From positions 179,838 to 243,837 of the forward strand of contig NW_008246081.1 of assembly GCF_000281045.1 (NCBI RefSeq): a DNA stretch of 64,000 nucleotides. The letters run 5' to 3'. A program made the translations under genes and the position numbers. The notes under the pieces are model-generated. The model did not search any database and had not been told where the DNA came from. It worked only from the letters and a program-made list of their open reading frames with translations. Source of the stretch: Saprolegnia diclina VS20 (taxonomy: Eukaryota). Below are positions 20,226 through 32,619 of the stretch, one piece after another. The first letter of the stretch is position 1; every line of letters starts with the position of its first letter.

Positions 20226-22597
20226 ATGGATTTCGCCGAGTCCTTCCTCGCCAACCTGTATGACGAGGAAGAGAAGCATGTCGATCTCGATGACCACCCA
20301 CCGCCTGGAGCCTCCAAGAAGCGGAAGCTGACGTCGCCGCGCGAGGCCAACCCGCGGCTCCACCTCGCCTTTGCGGCCGCACCGCTGCTGTCGCCCATCG
20401 TGCACCGCTCGGCCATGGCACCGCCCAAGGCTGTATGTCGATCCGCCCTATTTGCATGTACTCATGGCTTTGCAGATGCCAGACGAGGCTGCGCCGCTGT
20501 GCCTGGGCAAGCAGGAAGAAAACCGAGACCCTGCCAACTCGTCGCTCGAGACGTCCGTTAGCAGCGTCGGGTCTCTGGTCCGACATACCCACTTACGCAG
20601 AGTCAAGCGCTGAGGTGTGCGTGCTGTATAGGACAATAATCTGTTGGCAGACTTGCTGCCGACAGGTGCAAGCCCGGCGCTATCGAGTGCGAGCCCGGCA
20701 CTTGTGGCTGGCAAAGACGCCGCTCCGAATGAGACCCTGGACGCGTTCGAGCTGCCGCCACCGATTCTCGCCATACCGCCGAGCATCAAACCCGTTGTAG
20801 AGCCGTCGGTGGTGCCGCCGCCTCTTCTTGTCGTCGTGAGCGAAGCGCCACCTGCGATTGAAGCCGCTGCCACCACGGCCGACGCTCCTGCCGCTGAGGT
20901 ATCTTCCGCCCTAGCGCCAGCGCCTGCCAGCGCTCTGCCATCCACCGAGAGCAGCCGCAAGGTGTCAGAGGACGAAAGCGTGGCGAGCGTCGAGGCTCCT
21001 TCGTCGGTCGAAGACGACGACGACGCCGACGCGATTGCAGCCGAAGTTGAGGCCGAATTTGAAGCCGACGAGATTGCCGCCGAGGTCGAAGCCGAGTTTG
21101 CCCAATCCGACAAAGTTGAGGCGATGACGCTCTCGGACGACGACGTCAACCAAATCAAGCTCGTGCTGAAAACTTCGATCGCCAAGCAGCACGCGAGCAG
21201 CGGGTCGTCGCTCATCGGCCTCGAGACTCACGTGGCGCAGGTCGAGAGCCTCCTCGAGCGTACGATCGTGCACGGCGAGAACCAGTCCGCGCTCCTTGTC
21301 GGGTCTGTCGGCAACGGCAAGCGCAGCATCCTCCAGAAAGCTGTGCACCAGCTGCAAACCGCATATGCAACAGCGCACCCGTTCCACCTGGTGCACCTCA
21401 GCGGCAGTCTCTTCAGCAACGAGGTCGAGGCTTTTCGCGAGATTGTGCAGCAGCTCTCGCCGGACGGCGCGATCGGCCAGCGCGTACGACCGTCGACCGC
21501 TATCAGATCTCATAGACGGCGTAGAGCGTCGCCTTCTTCAACATGTACGACTTTATGAAGCAGCTGCTGCTCGAGAAGGCGCTATTGAAAGAAGCTGTCG
21601 TCTTTGTCCTCGACGACTTTGACGCGTTTGTGAGCGAAAGCAAAGCCAAGCAGCTGCTCCTGTACAACCTCCTCGACTGGATGCAGGTGCGGATACCCGT
21701 TGCGATAGACCAACAACCGTACCCTTCCCTGTAGACCAAAGACGTGCGCATTGGTCTCCTCGGAGTCTCGAGCAATTTCAACATTATCTCGCAGCTCGAG
21801 AAGCGCGTCAAGTCCCGCTTCTCCAACTTTCAAATCGTCGTGCTCCGGCAGCCCATGAAGAGCATCTTGCAGGTAATAGACACGCTGTAGGACGCATGCA
21901 AACCGTGGCTAGCTGCTCTGGATGACGCTGCAGCTGCGCGCACACGAGTGGCCGCTCACGAACCCGCCGCCCGCCGCGTACTTTACCGCCTACGAAGAAG
22001 CACTGCACTTTGCGCTCTTTGACGCGGCGTCGTCGCTCTTGCCAGAGCTGCAGTACTGGTACGACCTCGGCAAACCGACGCACGTGTTTCTGCGCGTCGC
22101 CCACGTGGCCGTGAACACGCTCACGCCGACGTCGCCGCTCTTGGGACAGAGCCATTTTGAGACGGCGATGGCGCAACTCGCGCCGCCCCACCAGCTCCAG
22201 ACGCTCCAAGGTACTTTCAATGTATCGCTCGCGACCGACATGGAGCGTAGGCATTACGACGCGGGAGCTGACGCTGTTGCTGGCCATGATCGCGTTGGAG
22301 CGCGTCGGGCGCAGCTCGTACTCGTTTGAAATGGTGTTTCAAGAGTGCAACCTCTTTTACCGCAAGCACTCGCTCAAGTCGCCGGGGCGCCTCGACGCGC
22401 TCAAAGCGCTCGACAACCTCCACTCGCTCCAGCTCATTCACCACATGTCGGGCTCGACGACGGCCGCGCAGCAGGTGCAGCCCGAGTTCCGCCTCCTCCA
22501 GCTCACGCTGCGCGCGTCGGTGATTCTGGACGCGATCAAACACAAGCGAATTGCGTGCACGACGCTCATCGAGCAGTGGGCGCTCAACGGCTTATAA
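20226..22597 (+). CDS. ORC4: Origin recognition complex subunit 4 with a long N-terminal low-complexity extension (multi-exon)
   Basis: LLERTIVHGENQSALLVGSVGNGK, VFVLDDFDAF..KQLLLYNLLD and LEKRVKSRFS are ORC4 signatures. A C-terminal winged-helix-like region follows. Confidence 0.9.
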
Positions 22598-22610
22598 ATA
22601 TATAACAACG

Positions 22611-23333
22611 CTAGAGAACGCAGAGCGTTGTTCGACAGCTCTGGAGAAACGACACGACGTTGTCGTGGCCTCGGTGCAGCGCCATCGTCGTCATCGTGCT
22701 CTCGTCGAACCGCAGGGTCTTGGTGCGCAAAAGCAGCTGCAGAATGGCCACGTGCCCGTGGTACACGGCAATCTTGAGGACCGACTGGAGCGTGAGCGGC
22801 GACTGCCGGGGCAAGAGCCACTGCACCATGGCGACGTGGCCCGCCGCGGTCGCCCGCTCGATCGCCAGTGCGCCGTTCCATTGCTGCTGCGGATGGTGCG
22901 CACTGAGAACGACGATGATGTCGACATGACCGTGCGATGCGGCCCAGAGGTACCCGTTCGAGGTGCAGCCTTCGCGGCGCTCTTTACAGAGGTAGGTGAC
23001 GACGGCGACGTGGCCGTTCTTGGCCGCTTGGTCGAGTGCATCGACCGTGCACGCTGCGTGGCGGGTCTCGTGGAGGTAGCGAACGACATCAAGGTGCCCG
23101 TGCATCGCAGCCCAGTCCAGGGCCTTGGGTGTCAGCGCTCCGTGGCCGCACGACGCAAGGCGCCGCAGCATCGCCACGTCGCCGACCTTGCTGGCGTAGT
23201 CGGCCACGGTGTGCGGCAAGCCGAGTTGCTTCCACGCAGCGATAAAGGTGAGTGCGGCGAGCGGAACGCCGGGCTGGTACGCGAGGACGCGCTCGACGAG
23301 GTCGGCATTCGAGAGCACAACCAAGCAGCTCAT
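22611..23333 (-). CDS. Ankyrin repeat protein (Saprolegniales-expanded type)
   Basis: Repeats ALDWAAMHGHLDVVRYLHE, ALDQAAKNGHVAVVTYL and AASHGHVDIIVVL. N-terminal VLSNADLVERVLAYQPG. Confidence 0.85.
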   Translation of the reverse strand: MSCLVVLSNADLVERVLAYQPGVPLAALTFIAAWKQLGLPHTVADYASKVGDVAMLRRLASCGHGALTPKALDWAAMHGHLDVVRYLHETRHAACTVDALDQAAKNGHVAVVTYLCKERREGCTSNGYLWAASHGHVDIIVVLSAHHPQQQWNGALAIERATAAGHVAMVQWLLPRQSPLTLQSVLKIAVYHGHVAILQLLLRTKTLRFDESTMTTMALHRGHDNVVSFLQSCRTTLCVL

Positions 23334-24360
23334 CGGTCTTCGAGGTGGCCGAAGTGAATTTGGTTGCCTTGCGATCTTCGGCGGCGGCCAATCGCCCGCC
23401 ACTTGAATCAAACCCGCCCATGGAGCGCTTTTGATTGGCCCGACGGCGCGTTGTTTGGCCAATCCGAGACGAGGGTCCACTTCAACTTGAGTCTGGCGGC
23501 TCTCGGCTCATAGGACGAGGTTTCTGGCAACTCGATCGTATCGTACCAGCTTCGAGTTAGCTCGTCGTGCACCAGTAGTTTGGCAAAGACAAATTGTACA
23601 ATGGTACACTCTGTCTCTACATACACTGGAAATCACGAGGTGCAATGTGTTGCGCAGCTGGAGACGGTTGTTCCACGCGCTTCGACGTTGCGTTCGCACG
23701 AGCATTGCCGAAAGCCTGATCTGCGATACGACGCTGCTTGCGGTCGCTCCTTCTGTCGCTCCTCGAGAGCAATCCGACTCTTGTCTACTCACTACTGTCT
23801 GCTACATGCACACACAGTACTCGCCAACACGACCTTCAACTGCTGTCTTCTTGGGTTGCTCGCGTTGAGTAGAGCCGTCACGACAGCTGCTGCTTCGTAG
23901 ACGAGACCTGACTGCACCGGTCACCTCCTGGATCTCGGCATTCCGTGTCGGCGGCTCGTCATCGAGACGGTCCTTCGGCTTCAGATTGCACTACGGGCGT
24001 CACGGCGACCGGTGTACACAAAAAGAACTCGACCGCTCGCGTCGCTGGTGCAGCTGCTCGATGTACACTATTTCGCGCGACTGAATTTAAAGTGTGTTGT
24101 TAGTTACGGTACATGTGCTTGTGCAATGTGTATCCACGCATGCTACCAAACACAAGATCGTGTGGCAGTCTGGATCGATTCGCCTGCTATTACGACTCGC
24201 AAGAGAGGAAGCACCTCTGCACGCAAGTATAGTATATATACACTAAACTGTACTACAGACAATACCAATAGTACGTAGCATCTAACTCGATTTAGGTTTA
24301 TAGTTGTAAAATAATAGTCGTCTAATAGTTGGTGGTAGATAAAAAGGCGGTGGCGTGGGC

Positions 24361-25197
24361 TTAGTGGATCGAGAGGCTCAGCGCTTCGGTCTTGAGCCCG
24401 AGCATGACGTCGCCGCAGCCGCGGACCGCGCGCCATTCGCGCACGTGCGGTGTGCACATACCCATGCTCTTTCGCAGCCGCTTGCAGCCCGGCGCGATGC
24501 AGAGCTTGTCCTTGCGGTGAAGCTCGCAGAAGCCACCGCCGCGGTCGGTGCGGACGCAGTCGCCGACCGTGCACGTTCGGCAGCCGCCGTGCTTGGCGCA
24601 CTTGTTGCCACGCTGGGCGCCCTTCGTGCAGCCAGGCTCGACGCAGCGCTTGCCACCACCGTGGGTGCGGCAGAAACCGCCGCCCTGCGAGCTCTTTTCG
24701 CAGCCGTTGAACTTGCAGCGCGCGCCGCCGCCGTGCGCCTTGCAGAGGCCCTGGGACTGCGCGGCGTTGGAGCAGTTGGGCACCTTGCAGCACTTGCCAC
24801 CGCCGTGGCCGATGCAGAACTGTCCGTTTTGCGCTTCCTTGGCGCAGCCGTCCATGCTGCACTGCTTGCCACCGCCGTGGGACTTGCAGTAGCCCTTGGA
24901 GCGGACGTTGCGGAGGCAGCCGTCCATGGCGCAGATCTTGCGGCGCGAGTGCGACGGCGCGGCGAGGTCGTCGTCCGTGTCGACCGTGCTCGTCGAACTC
25001 GAGCTGCTGTTGCTCGTCGAGCGCTGCATCGCGAGCGGAAAGGCGTAGAGCGGCTCGACCTTGATGGCCGGCGGCTTGTGCTCGTTGAACTCGCGGTCTA
25101 GAAAGCACACGAGCTCCGGGTCGTCGAGGAAATGTGTGGTGATGCCGTGCGCAAACGGGATCGGCTCGAGGCTGGCACTTTGGAAGGGCGTCATCAT
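24361..25197 (-). CDS. WRKY19-like C-x4-C-x9-C-x2-H zinc-finger repeat protein (7 repeats)
   Basis: Seven ~24-aa units of the form C..xGC.K..Q..G.C..HGGG. Confidence 0.85.
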   Translation of the reverse strand: MMTPFQSASLEPIPFAHGITTHFLDDPELVCFLDREFNEHKPPAIKVEPLYAFPLAMQRSTSNSSSSSTSTVDTDDDLAAPSHSRRKICAMDGCLRNVRSKGYCKSHGGGKQCSMDGCAKEAQNGQFCIGHGGGKCCKVPNCSNAAQSQGLCKAHGGGARCKFNGCEKSSQGGGFCRTHGGGKRCVEPGCTKGAQRGNKCAKHGGCRTCTVGDCVRTDRGGGFCELHRKDKLCIAPGCKRLRKSMGMCTPHVREWRAVRGCGDVMLGLKTEALSLSIH

Positions 25198-25225
25198 GCT
25201 GCAGCTGCTGTACTCGGCGCCGAGT

Positions 25226-25241
25226 GAAATGGAAAATGAGC
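25226..25241 (-). promoter_or_regulatory. Oomycete INR+FPR-like core promoter
   Basis: The minus strand reads GCTCATTTTCCATTTC, matching the oomycete GCTCATTYYNCAWTTT consensus, about 30 nt upstream of the ATG at 25197. Confidence 0.6.
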
Positions 25242-27911
25242 TGCACACGTGGTGGCGTCGCGGCAGGCCACTCTCGCAACATGTCGCTTCGCCCGATGTA
25301 AAGAAAACAGATGCAGTTGCCAGCAGAAGATACTTTTCAGATGAGGCCAGTGCTCGGCGATGGGTGCGCCGTGTCCAAGCCGCCAGCGATATCAGCACCG
25401 GTACTGTAGGTCCAGGGAGAGCTGAGAACGCGGCAGCTCCCAGCCTCCTAGCAACCGTCGTTGTCCCTTTGCCGCTCCCTTTGGTAGGTACCGGTGCGGC
25501 GCCAAGGCGGGGATGGGCTGCTACTCACAGCGTCGAGAAAGATTCGCATATGCACTTGCGTGAGTCGCGACCCCCTGTCCTTGAAGCATTGGAACAATCG
25601 GGTCGGCCACATACGCACAGGTCCACGACGTCGCACTGAGGCCAGCGCGCGCTGCAAACCACCTTGGCAGTTGAAGTCGCGTTGATATATATCGATGTGC
25701 TACACTGTCATGTCCATCAGGACCAGACGACCTCGCCGTGTCTCGACTGGCATCGTCGTTTACTCCCTCTAGACCAGTGGGCTGCTTCTCCACGTGGCGG
25801 CCATCGTTGATGTGTACAAGGTCGACACGTGTCGGCGCTCGCAACGGGAGGAAGCCGCACTGCACCTGGGTTGATGCACATCAAGCAACGACGGACGCGA
25901 TCCCGCGTTCTTTGCGCCTGGGATTATCTCCATAGCCACGCACGCGGTCACACAGGTCACCGACAGGCCGCTCCTACATATCGCCAGCCGTCGGAGCAAG
26001 ACTGCTATCCAGAAGTCTTCTCCGGCGGTGAGCCTCACTGGTACTACCCGTAGTGTACATGGTGCGTTGTCGACCAATCTCGACGCTCGCAATGTTGGGT
26101 AAACCAAGCGGGTCGCTCCACTGATGATGCGCGGCCCAAAAGAGTTGGCGCGAATCTTCTGATTCCATGTGTCTCTGCGTGACACACCGCATGGCGAACG
26201 GAGGATACGAAGCGGTCGCAGGTTTCGGAAAGCCTGTCTTGGTTGTATGCGTTTACTCTTGAACGCGGTCGCAGATCGAAAGAGCTTCCGAGAGCCGTCG
26301 AGCAAGGTCCTGGGAGGGGCTTCTCGATAGCCTTCTCGATATAGGGTCCGGTATCATCACGACGCCAGGTGCTGCACGACGCTGGGTGCGCATTCAATGA
26401 ATGAGCAGCCATACGTTCCGGTGTGTGGGTTTCAAGGGGCGCACGCCTGCTGTCCACACAGATGGCATGAGCCCACTGTCGCGATATGGGATCTTGAAGA
26501 AGCGTTCCATCCAAGCGTCACGGGTGGTTGTAGTAATGCAAACGTGGCGCTGAAGCAAAGATGCAGATGGCGGCGGATCATCCTGGGAGGACGAAGCAGT
26601 CTCGACACTCCTCCTTGATGCGTGTCTAGGCGCTGTATAGACGCCAAGCCGAGCGCAACGACGAATGATGCGGAGAGAGTCTGAGGAAAGGCCGTCGACG
26701 CGCCAGGTATCTACTCGATGCAGCCATTGATTCCTCGACGCAAACCATTGTCAGCCTCGATCTCGCCTGCGACGCTATCTGTTCGTTCGACCACTTCGAG
26801 CCAAATCGGTCCAGAGGGATCCATGCAGGACGAACCTTGGCGTATTGCGAACGATCGCAGTTATATTAGACAAGATACTCGCTGCACAAGCACAAGCTTC
26901 TTACGAACCAAACTCGGCAAGCAATTACTGCGCTTCGTCTTGGCTGCGAGATGATATTGACTTCAACCGCGTGGTGTAGGTCGACGCACGTGTGGTCAGA
27001 CGCCGCCTGCGACTTCAACCGCCTGCAAGGTGCCCAGCGCGTGCAGTAATATACGAGAACGGAAGCCGAAAGGAGCCGGCCTCGGGGAAAGGACGCGAGT
27101 AACTGCAGGTCGCCGATCATCGCGGCGCGAGGAGGAGCTGACGGACCAAAGACGATTACCGGCGCAGTAACAGACTCGGAATGTTTTCGCGCGCATTACT
27201 TCAAATCGAGATTGCTGCATGCGTTGCGGTTCGACTTGCTCGACTCAGCAGTGGAGCTTGCATTGGACGTAGTAGACCCTCGGAACTGCGAGTGGCAGCA
27301 CCCACGATACCACAACAACACACAACACAGACAAAAACAGGCTCGTGAATCTCAAATTTGAATCTTATTCCATGCCATGTATCCACACCCCGCGTCAAAA
27401 TGGTCGCCTTTCGACGATCTGCACCGGTACTCGGTGAAAACGACTCAGCTTTTTCGTCGAGATGCTTTGCTCTCCGTGTACCGTTGTCGTTGGTGGTGCG
27501 TCAAGGGACCATTGGCAGGCTTGCTGCAGTGTTCAAGGGTGATGTATGGGCATGATGTATGGGCTGCTGCCAATGTGCGATCGCCACGCCTTCGGCGCTG
27601 GTCAAATCACAGGAGCCCCAAGCACGTGCGTGAGCCAAATTGCCGCATGTGCAAGGCTAGACCCACCCAACTTGTCCTGGACTACGTCGGCGGCGTTCTC
27701 AGACTCTCTGCCGCGCGCCGCAACGACGCGATGCGCGCAGGATGCACGCGAATCTTGGTGGCCACATGGAAGAAGCCGCGTCGCGGCCAACGACGGCGCG
27801 GCTGCGGTTGACGGCGCGAATGCCACCCTGTATTGCGTGTTTTTAGCTCTATGACGGCCAGATGGTCTGGTGGACACCAAGCTATTGGCCGCCAGCTTGC
27901 AAAGTCGGACG

Positions 27912-29662
27912 ATGCGGGTCTTGGTGGCGATCGGCTCCAACTTGGGTACGCATGGCGGTGACGACGACCAGCGCTGACGGCTACGTAGGCGACCGCGCTG
28001 GTCATCTGCACCGCGCCGTGGACGCGCTCAACCAGCTCGCGGGCGCGGTGCTGCAGACGTCAGCGCTGTACACGACTGTGCCGCAGTACGTCACGGACCA
28101 GCCGCAGTTCCTCAACGCCATCCTCGAGCTCGAGACGGCCTTGTCTGCCGTGGATCTTCTTCTCGTACGTCGCTTGGCTTTGCTGAGTGACGGGCGTTGG
28201 CGCTATCGCTGTCTCTGTCTAGTGCTTCAAGGAGATCGAGGTGCTGGTCGGGCGCACGCCGTCGGGTCTGCGCTACGGCCCGCGCGTGCTCGACGTGGAC
28301 ATTCTCTTTTACGGCGCCGACGTCATTGAGACGACAACGGCCGTTGGACCTTTGCACGTTCCGCACCTGCTCATCCAGGAGCGCGACTTTGTCCTACGCC
28401 CGCTGCTCGACATCGCCGCCGGTACGACGTCGCTGACATTATGTTGCGTCGACTCATTGGAGTGTGCAGACTTTGAGCACCCGCAACTGCACAAGACGAT
28501 CCGAGAACTCTACCACGCACTGCAAGCCACGACCCACATTGAGACGCCGCCCGTGCCCGTGCTCTGCCTCGGCCCCAGTCAGCACTGGGTCCTGCACCAA
28601 AAGGTATGGATAGCCCAACGCGCAAAGTGCAAAATGGAGTGCTAGACGTACGTCATGGGCATTGTTAACGCGACGCCCGACAGCTTCAGCGCCGACGGCA
28701 TCGGTAACTCGCAAGTTGCCGTGGAGAAGGCGCTCGCCATGGTTGCGTCCGGCGTCGACATCATCGACGTCGGCGGCGAGTCGAGTCGCCCCGGCGCGTC
28801 GCCCGTCTCGCTGGACGAGGAACTCGCTCGGGTACACCATTCTACAGCGTGCATGTGGTTGATACAAGACGTAGGTCCTCCCGGTCATTCGTGGCATCCG
28901 CGCCGCCTCGTCGATCCCGATTTCCATCGATACGACCAAGGCAGATGTCGCCAAAGCGGCGATCGAGGTACTTGCGACTACGTCCGTGCGAAGCTCTCAT
29001 GCGACGCAGGCTGGGGCCACGCTCGTCAACGACATTTCCGCGGGCCAGGCCGACGTGGCCATGCTCTCGACCGTCGCTGCGTTGAAAGTGCCGGTATCCG
29101 CGTAGCTCGACCACCATTTCCTTATTAGTGTACTATGCGCCTAGTACATTGTCATGCACATGCGCGGGACTCCGGCCACGATGACGACGCTCAAGGTAAC
29201 CATTCTTGCGACTCGGTGCCAGACTCACCGAGCCATAGGAGTATGCCAACGTCGTGGACGACGTCGCGTCCGACTTGCGGGCGCTCGTGGTGGCGGCCGT
29301 CGCGGCGGGAATTCCAACGTGGAACCTCGTCGTGGACCCGGGCATCGGCTTTGCCAAGGACAAGGACTTGAACCTGCAGCTCCTCCGACACGTGGCGACG
29401 CTCACCGCTCGCTGCGCACCGTGCCCCGTCTTGGTACGTTGATGACGCATCATCCTTCCGTTCGTAGCGTGCTTGTTAGATTGGCGCATCACGCAAGAAG
29501 TTTCTCGGCACGATCTGCAACAAGCCCGAGGCCAGCGACCGCGACTGGGCGACCGCCGCCACGTGCAGCGCGGCAATTGCGGGCGGCGCGGCCATCGTGC
29601 GTGTGCACGACGTCGCGGGCCTCATCGACGTCGTCCGCGTCTCGGACGCAATCTGGCGCTGA
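27912..29662 (+). CDS. Bifunctional HPPK-dihydropteroate synthase (folate biosynthesis), about 9 introns
   Basis: HPPK motifs VAIGSNLGDR, QPQFLNA, RYGPRVLDVDIL and PHLLIQERDFVLRPL. DHPS motifs MGIVNATPDSFS, DVGGESSRPGA, SIDT, MHMRGTP, VDPGIGFAK, GASRKKF and VRVHDV. The start may extend upstream. Confidence 0.92.
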
Positions 29663-30055
29663 TGCGACAAGCGTAGCCGTTCGTTGCTCGATCAAAAGCA
29701 TCATTTCGCCTTCATGTCTTGATGGTCCACACCACAATGGTGGATGTTTGCGGACGCTGCCGGTTGCGCTCATCACGAGCTTGTCGCATCGCATGGAATC
29801 ATCCACCGCCAATCTTCGTATCGACACCCGTTGCTGCGGTCGAAGGAGACAGGCTCGAGAACGGCTGGAGAACGGCGGACTGTTCGTGCAAGAGCACCCT
29901 GCAGCCTTTGGCAGCCCGGGACAAGTCGCTCGCAGCTACTAGCGCGCGAGTGTTGCAAAGTGGGCTCATGGACCCTTGCGTACGGAAGCGACATCTCGCT
30001 GTATAAATAGAGCAACACGGGGCTGTAGTTGGCGCAGTATATTTAGGCTCGCGGG

Positions 30056-31267
30056 ATGGCCGACGACAACCTTCTTCGCGATGCGCTGGACGAGATCGGC
30101 TTTGAGACGATCTTTGCCGTCTACAGCGCCGGGCGCGAGTACGACTTGCGATGGCCGAGTGAGCATCTCATAGCCTATGCGCAGGGCGATCGCGACCGAG
30201 CACCTCTCGACCGTGCTGGCCAAGATGGGCTACAGCGTCGCGCGACGTGACCTCGAGCGGTACCTCGACGAGCTCGACCCGGACGCGACCGGCGACATCA
30301 CCAAGGTGCAATCTCAGTAGCGTTAATGTCGCTTTGCGTGAACGTACACGTGGCGCTAGTCGGTCTTTCTTCAGTGGTTTGCACTGCACGCGGACCGGCT
30401 CGGCGAAGACGACGACGAGCCAACGACGCGGGACGACGAGCCCGAGCCGCTCTCGGCGATCCATAGCGAGATGCTCGACGCCAAGATGCAGCGCAAGCGC
30501 ACCGAGGACGACGTCCAGCTGCTCGCGAACCGCCTCGCGCACCTCCGGTTCCTCTCTTTGGCATCGGCTCGTCTGATCAAATCGCGTGCAGGATGGAGGA
30601 GAAGAAGGCGCAAAAGAAGATTGACGAGGCCAACAAGCGCGCGCGCGAGATCGAGCTCGTCAAGAAGCGCAACGCCGACCACCTGCGCATGAAGCGCGAG
30701 CACATGGAGCGGCAGCAGTCCAACGTGCGCAGCGCGCTTGTCGAACACTGTACAACGCCATCTAGTATTTGCGTTCGAGTGCTCATTTCAAGTCCATTAG
30801 CCAAGACGGCGGTGCTCTCGCAGAAGCGCAAGGAGACGGCGATCCTCACGCTCACCGAGCAGCGCGCCAAGCAAGCGCAGGACAAGAAGGCGCGCCAGCA
30901 GCAGCTGAGCATGCAGCTGGCCAAAGAGAAGGAGGCCGAGCGCCACCGGCTGTTGCAGCAGTCCGAGGCCATCAAGCGCAGCGAGCTCGAGGCCGCGCGC
31001 AAGCGAGAGCTCGCGCGCAAGAAGCACGAGCAGCAACTCGTGCGCAACGCGCGGGACAAGCTCGCGGACGAGTATACGAAAAAGGTGCCTAGATGTACCC
31101 ACTTGATACCAACTTGAAACTAGAGTGTGGCCGAAAACATCCTGCGCGAGATGGAGAGCGAAGAGGCGCGGCTCATCGAGAAGCTCCGGGACACGCAGGA
31201 GCACCAGAAGGAGGCGTTCCTGAACCTCGAGCACGCGATCCAGCTGACGCTCCATACTACTAACTAA
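30056..31267 (+). CDS. EF-hand plus coiled-coil protein (5 exons), possibly ciliary or cytoskeletal
   Basis: The spliced reading gives ELDPDATGDITK|SVFLQWF (EF-hand-like), then QLLANRLAHLR|MEEKKAQKKIDEANKRA and MESEEARLIEKLRDTQEHQ coiled coils. Confidence 0.65.
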
Positions 31268-31335
31268 CACTCGCTTCGCACATGCAAATTGTTGTGGCAA
31301 ATTTATGTCGAGAGCACTCGATATCAACTTGATAC

Positions 31336-32619
31336 TTACATGGCGAGGACCATAAGAGTAGCGAGCGCAAGGAGCGAGAGGGCGCTCGTCGAAGCGTCGC
31401 TCGAGGTGCCGCGACCGCCGGCCTTGGCCTTGCTGCCACTGCCCGACGTTGCCGACTCGGTGGTCGCGCCCGAGCATGTCGAGCAGTCGGTGTTGTCGGC
31501 GCCACCGCACGTCTGGCATGGCATACCGGCGGGGCACTTGGGGCAGAGGCAGCCACACTTGGTGCCGACGACGTTGAGGAAGCCGCCGTTCTTGCATTTG
31601 ACACCAGCGCAGGGCGTGAGCTTGCCACCGCACGTCGGGCCGTTGAAGCCCTCCTTGCACTTGCAGACGCCCGAGTCGACGTCGCACTCGTTGCCGTTCT
31701 CACAGGCCGCGTTCGACGTGCACGACCCGCATCGCGGATCGAGGCCGAGGAAGCCTTCGAAACAGACGCACTGGCGCTTGATGCAGGCGCCGCCGAGACC
31801 GCAGTCGACGTCGCACTCCTTGGTCTTGAGCGGCGTTTCGCACATCTTGCCAGAGTACCCTGCGTAGCACCGGCACGAGTAGCCCTTGGGCTCCATGGGC
31901 GCGTACGCATCGTTGCCTTGGCACGTGCCATGGTTGTTGCAGAGCTCGCGGTCGCCCGTGACGCAGCCCTTGGGGTGGCAGTACGCGTCCTTCTCTGCGG
32001 GATCGTCTTTGGCCCACGCCGACTGCTGCAAGCACATGTCGTACGAGATGCACTGATACTGCACGCTGATGGTGCTGCCCTTGTGCGCCGTGTTGAACCA
32101 GCACGCGGGATCCGAGAGCGAGAGGCCCTCGTTCGTCGGGCACGCCTGAGGCTTGACGGGCGTCAATGGCGACAAGGCCGTGTCGTTGCCCGCCGCGTCT
32201 TCGCCAGCCACCGGCGCCGCCGTCGTGTTCACAAGGAGGAAGCGCAAAGGCGCTGCCGTCGGCTTGGCGGGTGCTGCTGTCGGTTTGGCCGTCGACGGCG
32301 TCACGGCGTCTGTGTCCGTCACCGGCGCCATAGACTTATCGACGAGTACGCACTGCGCGTTGATGTAGCCGACCGTCGTCGTCTGGTACTGCGGGCAGAG
32401 ACCGGCTTGGCCGCCGCGGCAGACCGGTCGTGTGCCATAGTTGGGCGTGCACTTGCCCTGCGTGAAGTCGCCCGAGTTGATGAGGATACACACAGTGCCA
32501 GGGTACTTGGCGCACTCGGCATCCGTGTTGCAGATACCGACGCTCTTGTCGCGCACGGGCGGCGCCACGCGCGCGGCCATGGCTACGCCAAGCAGGCAGA
32601 GGGCGTGGAGGAGCTGCAT
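31336..32619 (-). CDS. Secreted Cys-rich EGF-like protein, putatively GPI-anchored (array copy 1)
   Basis: Signal peptide, Cys-rich N-domain, T/P/A linker, EGF motifs (CRCYAGYSGKMC, CKCKEGFNGPTC), Ser/Gly spacer and hydrophobic C-terminus. Confidence 0.85.
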   Translation of the reverse strand: MQLLHALCLLGVAMAARVAPPVRDKSVGICNTDAECAKYPGTVCILINSGDFTQGKCTPNYGTRPVCRGGQAGLCPQYQTTTVGYINAQCVLVDKSMAPVTDTDAVTPSTAKPTAAPAKPTAAPLRFLLVNTTAAPVAGEDAAGNDTALSPLTPVKPQACPTNEGLSLSDPACWFNTAHKGSTISVQYQCISYDMCLQQSAWAKDDPAEKDAYCHPKGCVTGDRELCNNHGTCQGNDAYAPMEPKGYSCRCYAGYSGKMCETPLKTKECDVDCGLGGACIKRQCVCFEGFLGLDPRCGSCTSNAACENGNECDVDSGVCKCKEGFNGPTCGGKLTPCAGVKCKNGGFLNVVGTKCGCLCPKCPAGMPCQTCGGADNTDCSTCSGATTESATSGSGSKAKAGGRGTSSDASTSALSLLALATLMVLAM

